From Vicugna vicugna (lineage: Eukaryota), in NCBI GenBank assembly GCA_013265495.1, contig MU058718.1:2232001-2296000 (forward strand): a DNA stretch of 64,000 nucleotides, given 5' to 3'. The position numbers and the translations under genes were made by a program. Below, in pieces: positions 49,301-59,775 of this stretch. The notes beneath the pieces were generated by a model. It did no database searches and was not told the DNA's origin. It worked only from the letters and a program-made list of their open reading frames with translations. Numbering within the stretch: the first letter of the stretch is position 1; every line of letters starts with the position of its first letter.

Positions 49301-52300
49301 AGTCGAAAATCCCCATACTGCTTGCCGTCTCTGCCTCAAAAACAAAGGAATTGATAAATGACTTAACCAAGGACAGGAAGCGGCAACAGTTTGGATAGAA
49401 TCAGGACTCCAACCCTACTGTAAATCTGTTCATCAGTAATTCAACTGCATAAAAAGTTTCAGATTTTTGTCTTGTCTATGTATTTATAGCAAAAGAAGAG
49501 TTCACTGAAGCAGGAAAGCACCTAAAAGGATGTGTTATCACTGGAGTTTATTCTGAAGAAGATATTTTGATACTGTAAGTTTATTGGTCTTTTAATTTTA
49601 GGGAGGAAAAAGTTTGCAAAATAATACATTGCTTGTCTCTACACAGTTGGTGAAGAAAAACAGCAACATAACTAAATTTTTAATTTTTTTCTATGGATAT
49701 CTAGGAAGTACCACCTGGCTGTTTAGAATTTTCAGATATTCAAAATTCTACTTTAGGCTAGAGCTCCTCACTGGGGCAACCTTGGATTCATACTATTTCA
49801 TCTTTCTATAAAATTTTTCCTCTTGGGTTCTATTACTTGCAATTTTAATTCTTTTGGGTTGTCATAGTGTTCTGAGGAATTTTACTTCTTGAGTGTGTGG
49901 GTTTTGATTTGCCACAGAGGTCTATAGAAAAATCAGAGGTGTACCTGATAGTTCTACTTAATTTTGTTATTGCAGACATACACTTAAGCAGTACTGTCAC
50001 TTAAGTTGCTTTATTTGTAGAATTTGGGGCTCCAGTGAACTATCAAATAATTTTAGCTGCTGCAGAATGAAGGACTGAACTGAAAATTTGGAGATTATTA
50101 ATACACATTACATTCTGCATTAATGACTCATCTTCAGATGCACATGGAGTTGTTAAGCCCAGTGGTTTGTCTTACCGTCTGACCATATTATTTCTAATTG
50201 TGATCTCTGAGCTTAAATCTTTCATCCTGAACACGGGTGACATAGACTTTTGGTGATCAAGCACCTGTTCTATCCATGAAACCAGTGACTTTTGAAAAGT
50301 AAATATTGAACTCCAGATCTTTAGGAAATGTAATACCTGCTCACTGGACACACGGACAGTCACCCACTGTCTTCTAGACCAGTAGTTTTCAGAGTATGTT
50401 TTGTTCATAAACAACTGGTCAACTAAGAGGGTCCTCTGGGTAATCTGAACTGGGCTCTCTACTAATGCTTATAGTATTATGCCTACACTTTGTTTTAGCA
50501 TGAATTAAGTTTTTACATGATAATAAATGTGACCACCTCACTGGTAATTTTATGCAAAGTCTTTTTTTTTTTCTCCTTATTTAGTGGTTTTCTTTAGGTT
50601 TAGTTTGCGAAAGTAGTGGTAGGAAGAGGCAGATCTGGACTCTGTTTCAGTACAGAGCACAGGCTCTGTATCTGGAATACCTCAGATTGAATTCTGTCTC
50701 TGCTGTTTATCACCTTCTAAGTCCTCATCTGTTAAATGGGGGTTATAGGGCTGTTCTGAGTGTTAAATAAAAACTTAACTAGAAGCACCTGGTTTAGTGC
50801 CTGGCAAATAATAGGCCCATTCTAATAAATGCCTGTCTCCTTGCTCAGTAGTTCTGTGAGCAGTCCAAAAAGTTGAGAACCATTCAGTGTGTTCCTAATC
50901 CTATTTAGACATTGTCTTGATGATTAAATTGTCTAGAAAAAAAATCTGGCTAGATTACTGTCTGTTGCTTTCTCTTTAATTACTTATTTTGTGTGTGTGG
51001 GATAATTAGATTTATTTATTTTTATTTTTAAATGGAGGTACTAGGGATTGAACCCGGGACCTTATGCGTGCCAAGCACTCACTCTGCCATGGAGCTGTGC
51101 TCTCCCCCCTGTTGCTTTCCTTTATCTAGGTTATCAAAGCTCTTGAACTTGCTCAAAATAGCCTCACATAGAAGATAAGTTTATCTGAAAATGGTGTTCA
51201 TTTTTTCCTTAGTAGTAGGGCTTTTCATTTGCTGCCTCTACTGTGACCGCTTGGTCGAATTGTTCATGTTTTTGATGACTTGCTGTATTTCAGTTGGAAA
51301 TTTTAATACTACGTTTCTCCATAGGTCAGATAAATACGCTGTAACTCTTCCAGCCCTGCTGCTTGCCAGACACCAAGAAGGCAAAATAGAGAGCATTCCA
51401 TTAGCGAACGCCCATGCGCAAGACATAGTTCAAATAATAACAAATGCATTACTGGAAACATTTGTGAGTATATTTTATAATATGAGTGCTATTTGAAATA
51501 AGAAAACCTAGATCAGTTAAAGATAGTGTATTTTAATGCATGATTTTGCAGCTTTTGTTGCCACAGGATGTGATGTTTTGTGAGCTGAAGATTCAGGGGG
51601 TTGCTGTTTTATTTTTTCACTCATTATGCATACAGCTTCTCCAGTCCACTGCCAAAATTTTACATGTCTTGGATTATTTTTATTGCTGAGATGACTGTGG
51701 CTGATGGCCAGTTAAAGTACTTAATCTAGGTTGAAACTTGGTACAAAGCCCATGGATTCCAGAGAGCAGGCTGCCCCGCTTCAAATCCTTGCTTGACTCC
51801 TTACTGGCCTGTATGTAGATGTCTCTGTGCCTCAGTTTCCACAGATGTAAAGTGTAGATGATGGTATAGCACCTGCTGCAGAGGGTGATTATAAGGACTG
51901 AATGAGATCTGTGTTCATTGCTCTGTGTGTGGTGTTTGGATCCTGGTAAACTTGGAACAAATGTTAGCTAGTATTATTGTTTATGTAGTTTTAGAGCAAA
52001 ACACTGTCTTCAGGAAGTCTTTTTCCAGTGCTTACTTTGTATAATAGTGAATTCAAGGGCACAACAGATGTAACCTGCATTTCTTGATTTCAGTTGTTTT
52101 ACATTAGTATTAAGTATAGCTAGAATATTATAAATTTATACTTTTTACATTTCTGAAGTGTCATAGGAGCACTGTTATCAGCTATAAATTCTGAATGAAT
52201 ATCCTCCTGTTATAGTTTTTTGTCATAATGAGCTAAATGACATTACATTTTAGGCTCAAATATAAATGAATGTATTCTTTAAGTCTTTTTATGATCTCAG

Positions 52301-55300
52301 TTCCATTCCCTCCCCTCCCCCATTAAAGAATATGAAAGGCTCTACCATTTTCCATTTTTAGTTCCACATCTATTAAGTCACCTTCTGGATGTACCTGTGA
52401 GCTAGATTAAATCATCTTGTATCAGGTAACTAATCCCCAGATGACATGAGGAAACCAATGAAAAGAAGCTGACTTGCTGAAGTCACACAGCTGAGCAGGA
52501 GAAAAGAACTGAATGAAACTAGCACCCAGGCATCCTTGTTCACCAGCTGCCCCTTTCATTGGATCTCACTTGAAATCCAAATGAATAATTTTATTTTCTT
52601 TATAGTGCCAACCACCTCTGATCCATCCTCAAACACCAAATTCTGGCATATAATTTTCCCTACCTATCCTCAAAGCCACTTTCCTCTGCCAGTTCTCATT
52701 GTTATTCACTCTTTACCACTCAAAATCCTCTTCTCCCACCTTCCTCTTTTATGACTTAAATCTTAGATCCTACCTCCTCCAAACTCCCCTGTATTGTCTT
52801 GTGGTAACTATTATCTTTTATCTTCTACACGAGTTATGTCCCTTTCCTAAAACTGACACATCTGATCAAGCCAGCAGCTCTTACCCGGAGCAGATCTGAT
52901 GACCCAGGTGCAATGGAGCCACCACTCCTCAATTCCAAACTTTATTGAGCTTCAAGAGCTTATGTTGGGCACTGAGTCAAAAAGAAATAAGATGTTAAAA
53001 GATTATATCTTTAAAGCTCAGCTTATATTTTTTTCAAAAATTTTGTGTTAGAGGAAAAATTTATAACAAGAGTTTTGTTTGTCACATGCATATTGGCCAG
53101 TCTGGTCCAGATTTTAGCATAAGAAATTATTAGAAGTGCTACATCCTTGTAAAACAGGGGACTCCATTACGGTTTATTTTCAAATTCTATTAGCAGTTTT
53201 ATTTTGAAAATAACCCATTATTAAGACAAGGTGGGCTTAAATAAAAAAAAACTCTTGAGTTTGATAGTTGCTAACCACAATAACAAAATCTCCACTTAAA
53301 TGAAAATAGGTTTGAAATACGTTTTACAAACTAAAATTGCAAGAATGATTTGAACGTTATTTTCTGTTTTATACTTCATCGTTCCCCATATTTTGTTTGT
53401 TTTTGTTTTTGTTTTTAAACAGCCAGAAATTACTGTGGAAAATCTTCCCACTTATTTAAGACTTAAGAAACCGTTACTTATTTTATTCAGTGATGGCAGC
53501 ATAAATCCTCAGCATAAAAAAGCCATATTGACACTGGTAAAAGAGAAACACTTGGATTCACTTACCCCTTGCTGGTTAAATATGTAAGTATATTTTTAAT
53601 TTTTTTTTTACTATGTTAATGGTAAAGTACAATTATTATTAAATTTTCATTAGGAAATGAAATGCTCTAAACTTCACATTTAGAGTTAATATTATGGAAC
53701 CAATGTATATGTCATCATGATATTAGTAACTAAACTCCCTCAGATGGTCTAAGATAACCTTGTTTTAGATTGAATTCTGTTTTATAATAAATTACTTTTT
53801 TTTTCTGTGTGGTACTGTCTTTTTGGTTTTATTGAGGTATAATTAACAAATAAAATTGTAAGATATTTACAGTGTACACTGTGATGATTTGATATATGTA
53901 TGCATTGTGAAAAGTGTCTTCCATCTAGTTAACTTACATCCATCACCTCACATATTTGTTTTATATATGTACATTTTGGGGTGGGGGGATAAGAACATTT
54001 AAGTTCTGCTCTCTTAGCAAATTTCAACGATATAGTAGTGTTATTAACTATAGTCACCATGATATACATTAAATCCTCAGACCTAATTCATCTTGCAGTT
54101 GAAAAGTCTATATTCCTTTACCAATCTCTCCATATTTCCTCCACTACAGTCCTTGGCAACTTTTCTACTCTTTTTATAAGCTTGACCTTTTGAAAAAGAT
54201 TCCACATATAAGTGATACTAATATGTAGTATTTGTCTTTCTCTTTTTGGTTTATTTCACTTAGCATAATGCCCTCAAGTTCCATCCATATTGTAGCAAAT
54301 AGCAGGATATCCCTTTTCATGGTTGAGTAATATTCCATTGTATGTAACTGTGTGTATGTGTATATATACATATACATATACATATACCCACATATTTTTA
54401 TCCATTCATCTTTTCACACTTTGGTTATTTCTATATCCTGTCTATTATGAATAATGCTGCAATGAACATGGGAGTGCAGATATCTCTTCAATATTCTATT
54501 TTCATTTCCTTTTCAATATATTCCTAGAAGTGGAATTGCTGGATCCTATGGTAGTTCTATTTTTAATTTTTGAGTAACCACTGTACTGTTTTTCATGGTG
54601 CCTGCACCAGTTTACATTCCCACCAACAGTGCAAAAGGGTTCCCTTTTCTCTACATCCTTGCCAACACTTATTTGTTGTCTTTTTGATAATAGCTATTCT
54701 GACAGATGTGAGGTGATACTTCATTGTGATTTTGATTTGCATTTCCCTGATGACTAGTGATGCTGAGCATCTTTTCATGTACCTTTTGGTTATTTGTATG
54801 CTTTCTTTGCAGAAATGTCTTTTCAGTTCTGTGCTTTTTAAATTGGATTATTTGTTATTTTGTCATTGAGTTTTATGAGTTCTTTAGTTATTTTGGATAT
54901 CAATCCCTTATTCATTTTTAGTTTGATGTTTTCCCACTTGTTTATTTTTGCTTTTGTTGCTTTTGTTTTTGGTGTCATTCAGTAAACTTTTTAAAGTAAT
55001 AATTTTTCTGATTTTAAAAGTAATGGATATTCATTGAGGAAAATTTGGCAAAGCAAACAGAAAAGTAAACATTGTGATATTTTGGTATTTTTCTTTAGTT
55101 CCTTTTTCTATATTTCTCTGTTTTTAAAATGCAGTCTAAAATGTTACAAAAAGTTTCCAGTGAATTTGCCAACAGTATTTCCTGGTGTGTTTTCTAGATG
55201 TATGGTTTGTTATATTTAATGTCTCTGAACACAACACACACACTCACACACACACACTATTATTCAAATTCATCAGATGGAAGACATTTTTAACTCATTT

Positions 55301-58300
55301 AAGAAATTATAAGAGCAGAGTACATTTTTGCTGTGAAGAGCTAACAGTACAGCCTGTTACTTGAGACAGAAGTTTCCCAGGTAATTATCCTTGTCACTAT
55401 CAATAAAGTAGTACGTTCCATAATGTGGGATGCACTGTATTAGGAAGACTAGTTGTCTTAAACTTAGTTTCCCTGTATGAACATACTTTAAAAAAATCTT
55501 TCTTATCTTGAAATTAATCCTGAGGAAAGACAATTTTATTTGGAAAAGGAGTATTATAAGTCTCTTGTTATTTTATAGTTTGTACTCGTTTAATTTTTGA
55601 GCTGACTTGTGATCAGATACTTGACTAAATTTTGAAAGGAACCGATTGATTATATCAAGCTGAAATTGAGAAGCCTTTGGACTACATTTTTCATTAAAAC
55701 TCTCATCGGCTGCCTTTTTTCATAAGAGAAACACAGTGCCCCATGTTAAAAGAAACTTTTAAGACACTGATTACTAATAAGATAACATATCCACACCTGA
55801 TCAAAAGGCAAGGTTATCTTACTTATTAAAACACCAACAGGAAGCAACAATATGTTAATCTTAATATAAGACACTGAGGGAAACCAAAAACAGTATTTTA
55901 CATACCACTCCACTGTGCCTGGATATAACCCATGGGCTATAGACACATGAGTTTCTGTCAAGACCTCTTGATTTTTAAGACATCTTTTGATAAACATACT
56001 GGCATGATATATTTCAAGGTTAATGTTTTATGCACTATTGTTATTATTTTGTTATAGAAAGAAACATTAATTAACATGTTCAATTGCTCCCTTTTATAGA
56101 AAGAACACTCCTGTGGGGAGAGGAATCTTGCAGGCGTATTTTGACACTCTGCCCCCGCTTCCTCTTCTTGTTGTGGTGAATCTGCATTCAGGTGGCCAAG
56201 TATTTGCATTTCCTTCAGACCAGGCTATAAGTGAACAAAACCTTCTACTGTGGCTGAAAAAAGTTGAAGCAGGACTAGAAAGCCACATCAGTAAGTATTC
56301 TGTTTTAATATGCACAATTCTATATCTTGTTTCATGTTTTTCTAGCTAATGAATGCTAGAAATGACTTGAACTGTAGTATTTGTAAGTATGCTAATGAGT
56401 AATATGCTGATAGCGTTGTCCATGGGACAGTCTCCTATATGGTGGGTATTACCCATTGAAAATAAGTGCCATCATATAAAATTCAATAGTAATAACATTT
56501 ATTGAATGCTCACGAGGTGTCTAGCACAGTGCTGCGTGATTCACTTGCAAGATCTCATCCTCTGGAGAGTCGTATGAAGTATGATTACTTGTAGAAGAGT
56601 TAAGTAACTAGTTCAAAGTCATATAATTAACCAGTAAATGAGGAAGCTTGGATTCCAGCCTGGCTGTCTTGTGTTCCAGAGCCAGAATTTTGAACCACAG
56701 GAAGATAAATCTTGGCCCAGAATTTACGATGCTGGCTTATGACATGCTGTAGTCCCTGTTTCTAAAACCTATGTGGACTTATACCTGTGGTATAGATGTG
56801 TATGTTAACTTAGATACAATTGTGGCAACACCAGGTCTGTTGCTATAATTTAAATAAGTTAACATGTAATAAGCTAAATCATTAGTTGTTGAGGAAATAG
56901 TGTAAAATTTGATGTAATGAAAAGTTTCCTAAGATACTTCTAAGGATTTTGTTACTGGAAACCAGATGAACTATATTATAACATTTGGACCCTGTTCATA
57001 ACCGAGTTCTGAAAAAAGGGTTGTGTGTGTGTGTAAAATATAATTGTATATACACACCCAGTTCTGGTGTGTAAACTCCAATTCAGTGCTACATTGTCTC
57101 TCAGCCAAGATGCATCCTGTGACTCTTATCGTTATGTGTATTTGTGTATATTTAATCAGATTCTTGAATTTTTTAAAGTGCCGATCACTGCAGCACACCT
57201 GTTCTTCCCAGGTGGTCTGCCTGCTTCATTCCTGTTAGGCAGTTTTAACTAAGTTATTGTGTTTAAATAGTCTATAGGCAGTATTTGTTTATTGAAATAA
57301 GTCATATACCATCGAATGTGCTCTTGAAGTGTATAATTCAGTGGGGGTTTTTGTTTGTTTTTTTGTTTGTTTGTTTTCTAGTATATTCACAAGGCTATGC
57401 AACCATTACCATGATTGAATTTTAGGACATTTTTATCACCCCAGGAAGAAACCCTCTCCCCATTAGCAGTCACTCTCCATTCCCCCCTCCCTTCATCCCT
57501 TGACAACCACTAATTTACCTTCCATCTTTATGCATTTGCCTCATCTGTACATTTCATATAAATGGAATAATACAACATGTGGCCCTTTGTGTCTGGCTTC
57601 TTTCACTTAGCTAGCATAGGTTTTCAAGGTTCATCCACATTAAAGTGTGAATCAGTAGTTCATTCTTTTTTATGGATGAATTAATTCCATTATATGGATA
57701 TATACCGTACTTCCTCCATTCGTCAGTTGATGGACATTGGGGTTGTCTGCTCTTTCTGGCTGTTATGAATAATGCTGCTGTGAACATTCATGTACATATT
57801 TTTATATCAAATACACAGATGCCTGTGCCACTTACCCTCTCTGTCTTGATATAGCAGCTTTTAAGTGGGGAAGTTTGATTCCTCCAACTTTTTCACTTCC
57901 AGGAAGATTTTGACTATTCTGAGTCCTTTCAGATGGTATTTCTAAATCTTAATTTTCTGAGATAATTTGTTGGTGTTTTACTATTTTCCTAGGAAATGTA
58001 AAAAATTAACTGTTTTGTGTGTCATCATCTGAAAGAAGCTTTTCTGTGGCTGTCGTCACTCACTTCTGGTGTCTTCATTTTAGCCACGCCCCACGGGGTC
58101 CTGTGGGTTCTATCTCCTGAACTCTTTACTCTCCAGATAGCCTGCATTCACTGCTCTAGCTGCACTGCCATTTTACAGTGGCAGTGAGTGTTGTCATTTG
58201 CAGCTGCTGTGACACAGATGCCTTGTGGACTCTGACTGAATCAGATAGGATTATCTTTGTAGGGCGTTCCAACTGAATTGCTTTATAAAAGGTGGTGTGA

Positions 58301-59775
58301 TGTTCAAAGACACAGAAACCTGAGCTTATGACCCAGCCTCCTTGATTACTGACTGTGTGGTTTTAGGCAAGTTTTTCTTTGTTTCTGCCTCTACAGCTGT
58401 AAGATGAGATTAACAGTTCCGACTCTATGCCAGTTATGTTAAAAATCAAATAAAATTAAGTATTCAAAGACATATACTTTAAAGTGTGAAATCTGAAGCA
58501 TATTATCACTGTTTGTGGAGAGATCCTTTCTTCCAAGAATCCTTGGGGGCTTTGACTCCTCAACTCACCATAAGAAAGAGGAAGGAATCAGAATTATTCT
58601 TCTGAGTTTCCTGAGAGACTGGTATATCTTCTGCTGCAATTATTTTAATGCCTTTGGTTTCCATTATCTCTTTATATCATTGCTCCTATTCTTGAATTAT
58701 TCCTGTTGTGCGAAATCTGTCTACTAAATGGAGAAAAGCTAACTTATCATTCATATATATATATATATATGCTATCAGCTTAAATCAGTTTTCCGCTTCT
58801 TGTGACCAGTGCTTTAAAATAATGTTAAGATTCACTGCCATGAAGTCCTTCTGAAAAGTTATCCAGTCACTGTTTATATTACAGTTGATTCCATAGCAAT
58901 TTTTAATTATTCCTCATCTATAATTATTTTTATAAAATGATCTTTTTAAAATAAAGTATGTGCAAAGGATATTAATCAAATCTTCAAAAACAGAAAATGC
59001 TTTTAAATGTAAGGAAATATTTGTCTAAACAATGAAATAATCTGTATGTTCCAAAATTTTTTTCTGGAATGATTTGTAAGAAATAGTTACAGTTCTTTGG
59101 GATAAAGACAGGGGAAGAGAGGGAAGCAAGAGACGTTTTCACTTTAACTTGTACCTGTTTGTCTGTAATCTCATTGTACACAGTTATTTTTTAAAACCTC
59201 AACAAGGGTTAACAGGTAGTGAGATTATGGACCTTTTGTTTTTTTCCTATTAATACCTATCTTTATTTTAAACATAATAGCTTCTAAATGTAATATAAAT
59301 AGGAAAATGTCTAGTAATGACAAATGATATATCGAGTTTCTTAGACAGTGATGATAATAAAAAGCTAGCTTTGTGTAGATAAGGGAAACTGATGAAGCCT
59401 TCACTCCTACAAATTTATTTTTCAAAATAAAACATTTTCTAGTATATTCATGTGATGATACTGTATACCTGTTCATCTTTAACCCTTGATTATATCTTCC
59501 TCCCAGCCATTTTACCTGCTCAGGAATGGAAACCTCCTCTGCCTGCTTATGATTTTCTGAGCATGATGGACGCTGCAGCATCTCAGCATCCTCCCAAGAA
59601 GATTCCTGAGTGTACGAAGGAAACTGATGTGCAGGAAAATGATGGAGAACAGCCGGAAGAGAAATCTGCGATCAGAAATGAACCGATTGGAACATGGAGA
59701 ATAAAGCATTGGAGTAGAAGTAATTGGTTTGGAGAAGCCAAAAAATCATTTGTGTATGATAATAAAGAATTATGA
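13243..59775 (+). CDS. TXNDC16: TXNDC16 / ERp90, 5'-partial spliced CDS: join(13243-13364,17714-17804,21319-21469,29907-30073,30462-30522,33295-33418,37324-37467,38018-38077,42329-42497,42839-42975,49490-49574,51325-51463,53423-53583,56100-56290,59507-59775)
   Basis: All 15 exons have AG acceptors and the 14 internal exons have GT donors. Phases join into one open frame (ALLFNEVRY...[20 protein letters not shown]...[11 protein letters not shown]...CADWSYVC...[14 protein letters not shown]...NKEL*) that is collinear with my recollection of human TXNDC16 from about residue 131 onward. Confidence 0.96.
13516..13760 (+). mobile_element. MIR SINE
   Basis: ggcagcatagtatagtggttg...ctggagccaga...gtgaccttggacaac...ttgtgagga...cctggcatatactaggtgctc. 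Confidence 0.8.
14240..16380 (-). mobile_element. Long L2 LINE with decayed endonuclease and reverse-transcriptase coding remnants
   Basis: Minus-strand peptides [15 protein letters not shown] (APE ILGDFN-like), [18 protein letters not shown] (RT region) and [10 protein letters not shown]. Confidence 0.8.
15897..15944. repeat. Imperfect (TG)n microsatellite
   Basis: gtgtatgtgtgtgtgtgtgtgtgtgtttgtgtgtatgtgtgtgtgtgtt. Confidence 0.9.
16395..17362 (+). mobile_element. HAL1 / old L1 ORF1-type element, 3' part
   Basis: ggagcaatgccttcaaaattctcagtggaaatgacttgaacctagaattctgtat (ORF1 C-terminus) and a HAL1-like 3' end gaactgttgcttttc...tgtataagtttgattaaaaa. Confidence 0.7.
17714..17804 (+). CDS. TXNDC16: TXNDC16 coding exon (91 nt): (E)[29 protein letters not shown](G)
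   Basis: ctccttAG|ag cac ... atc gg|GTatgt. Confidence 0.95.
19519..20098 (+). mobile_element. Ancient MaLR LTR (MLT1L/M/N-like), 5' boundary uncertain
   Basis: gacctagagtcagccaatc...ccaggaacttggaatggg, and 3' end ggtttctgtttcctacaaccagatgacctctgattaaata. Confidence 0.5.
21319..21469 (+). CDS. TXNDC16: TXNDC16 coding exon (151 nt): [50 protein letters not shown]
   Basis: tttgcAG|c act gag ... ctg ctg|GTatgt. Confidence 0.95.
25135..25730 (-). mobile_element. L1 (L1MA/MB-type) 3' fragment
   Basis: Minus ORF 25364..25546 [29 protein letters not shown] is the L1 ORF2 C-terminus. Confidence 0.9.
25731..26541 (-). mobile_element. Younger, probably lineage-specific L1, 5'-truncated (about 0.8 kb), with poly(A) tail
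   Basis: T13 run at 25731-25743, artiodactyl-type L1 3' UTR (ggttattacaagatattgagcatagtcccctgtgctatac), little-decayed ORF2 C-terminus. Confidence 0.88.
26620..27138 (+). mobile_element. MaLR LTR (MLT1F/G/H-type)
   Basis: gtgacttccttgaccaacagaa...tgtgacttctgaggct...ttttaagccatcaggttt...gatagatgcttggaaca. Confidence 0.75.
27820..28139 (-). mobile_element. MaLR LTR fragment (MLT1D/E/F-type 5' part)
   Basis: Ends gggccatctcagaattctgcctaccata, the reverse of TGTGGTAGGCAGAATTCT..GATGGCCC. Confidence 0.75.
29489..29625 (-). mobile_element. tRNA-derived SINE, camelid Vic-1 type (long form with 3' extension)
   Basis: Reverse strand: GGGGAAAGCTCAGTGGTGGAG...GGTTCAATCCCCAGTACCTC..A-rich..AAACCTAATTACCTACTCCCCC..A tail. 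Confidence 0.9.
29907..30073 (+). CDS. TXNDC16: TXNDC16 coding exon (167 nt): [55 protein letters not shown](R)
   Basis: atgaAG|act gaa ... tta ag|GTattt. Lies within ORF 29901..30122. Confidence 0.95.
30462..30522 (+). CDS. TXNDC16: TXNDC16 coding exon (61 nt): [20 protein letters not shown]
   Basis: ttttgaaaaAG|g gac tct ... gaa gag|GTtagt. Confidence 0.93.
32153..32709 (-). mobile_element. Tigger1 DNA transposon fragment (transposase C-terminal and 3' region)
   Basis: cccagtgcatataaaagttat...gctgactgatcagggcagtggttgctgaagg...ccaggagtagattccatctcaagaaaccactttctttgctcattc matches recalled Tigger1. Confidence 0.88.
33295..33418 (+). CDS. TXNDC16: TXNDC16 coding exon (124 nt): [41 protein letters not shown](D)
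   Basis: tttctAG|gga gtg ... atg g|GTaata. Encodes the acidic linker. Confidence 0.95.
36411..36492 (-). mobile_element. Extremely 5'-truncated L1 insertion (about 80 bp plus poly(A))
   Basis: T-run followed by an L1 3' terminus, flanked by a 14-bp TSD TAATGAAAAGTTTT (36397-36410) / TAATGAAAGGTTTT (36493-36506). Confidence 0.8.
37324..37467 (+). CDS. TXNDC16: TXNDC16 coding exon (144 nt): [47 protein letters not shown](W)
   Basis: ttttAG|at att ... agt t|GTgagt. Start of the PDI a-type thioredoxin fold (VELTEETF...VLFYA). Confidence 0.95.
38018..38077 (+). CDS. TXNDC16: TXNDC16 coding exon (60 nt): (W)[19 protein letters not shown](G)
   Basis: aatgtAG|gg caa ... aaa g|GTacta. Confidence 0.94.
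40977..41205 (-). mobile_element. Tigger2-family MITE
   Basis: TIRs (c/t)AGTTGACCCTTGA...TCAAGGATCAACTG with TA on both sides. Confidence 0.88.
42329..42497 (+). CDS. TXNDC16: TXNDC16 coding exon (169 nt): [55 protein letters not shown](L)
   Basis: tatttAG|gc aca ... cag ct|GTaagt. Contains a CX6C motif and the FP cis-proline position of the thioredoxin fold. Confidence 0.96.
42839..42975 (+). CDS. TXNDC16: TXNDC16 coding exon (137 nt): [45 protein letters not shown](A)
   Basis: catccAG|c aac ... aca g|GTaagt. Confidence 0.94.
43840..44780 (-). mobile_element. L1 (L1MB-type) 3' fragment; more decayed L1/HAL1 sequence flanks it (about 43140-43800 and 44820-45900)
   Basis: ttgcaaaactgaaa...ctctatgaatttgactactct...tgttttccatagtggctatacc...acattcccaccaacag. 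Confidence 0.88.
49253..49315. mobile_element. Tigger2-family terminal fragment
   Basis: TA-CAGTTGACCCTTGAAA...caaccccttgcgcagtcgaaaatcc, one TIR only. Confidence 0.7.
49490..49574 (+). CDS. TXNDC16: TXNDC16 coding exon (85 nt): [27 protein letters not shown](L)
   Basis: tttatAG|ca aaa ... ata ct|GTaagt. Confidence 0.94.
50979..51108 (-). mobile_element. tRNA-derived SINE, camelid Vic-1 type (long form)
   Basis: ggaggtactagggattgaacccgggacc...ggagctgtgctctcccc, TSD CTGTTGCTTTCTCTTTA (from 50962) / CTGTTGCTTTCCTTTA (from 51109). Confidence 0.88.
51325..51463 (+). CDS. TXNDC16: TXNDC16 coding exon (139 nt): [46 protein letters not shown]
   Basis: ctccatAG|g tca ... aca ttt|GTgagt. Confidence 0.95.
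51750..51980 (+). mobile_element. MIR SINE (other MIR remnants near 11150, 31800, 34200, 50660, 56480 and 58300)
   Basis: ttcaaatcct...ctctgtgcctcagtttcc...tgtaaagtg...ataaggactgaatgaga...aatgttagcta. Confidence 0.75.
53423..53583 (+). CDS. TXNDC16: TXNDC16 coding exon (161 nt): [53 protein letters not shown](I)
   Basis: ttttaaacAG|cca gaa ... aat at|GTaagt. Confidence 0.95.
53825..54980 (-). mobile_element. L1 (L1MA-type) 3' about 1.15 kb
   Basis: Minus ORFs [33 protein letters not shown] and [37 protein letters not shown] are the L1 ORF2 C-terminus, broken by stops and frameshifts. Confidence 0.92.
56100..56290 (+). CDS. TXNDC16: TXNDC16 coding exon (191 nt): [63 protein letters not shown](T)
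   Basis: cttttatAG|a aag aac ... atc a|GTaagt. Confidence 0.95.
57290..57805 (-). mobile_element. L1 (L1MB-type) 3' fragment
   Basis: cccattagcagtcactctccattcccc...gacaaccactaattt...tttcatataaatggaataatac...gaataatgctgctgtgaacattcatgtac. Confidence 0.88.
59507..59775 (+). CDS. TXNDC16: TXNDC16 last coding exon: [20 protein letters not shown]...SFVYDNKEL*
   Basis: cttcctcccAG|cc att tta ... gaa tta TGA (59773-59775). Lies within ORF 59452..59775. Confidence 0.95.

Noticed and set aside
54174..54778. Active L1 ORF2 coding sequence
   Set aside because: Only a 5'-truncated, interrupted C-terminal fragment is present.
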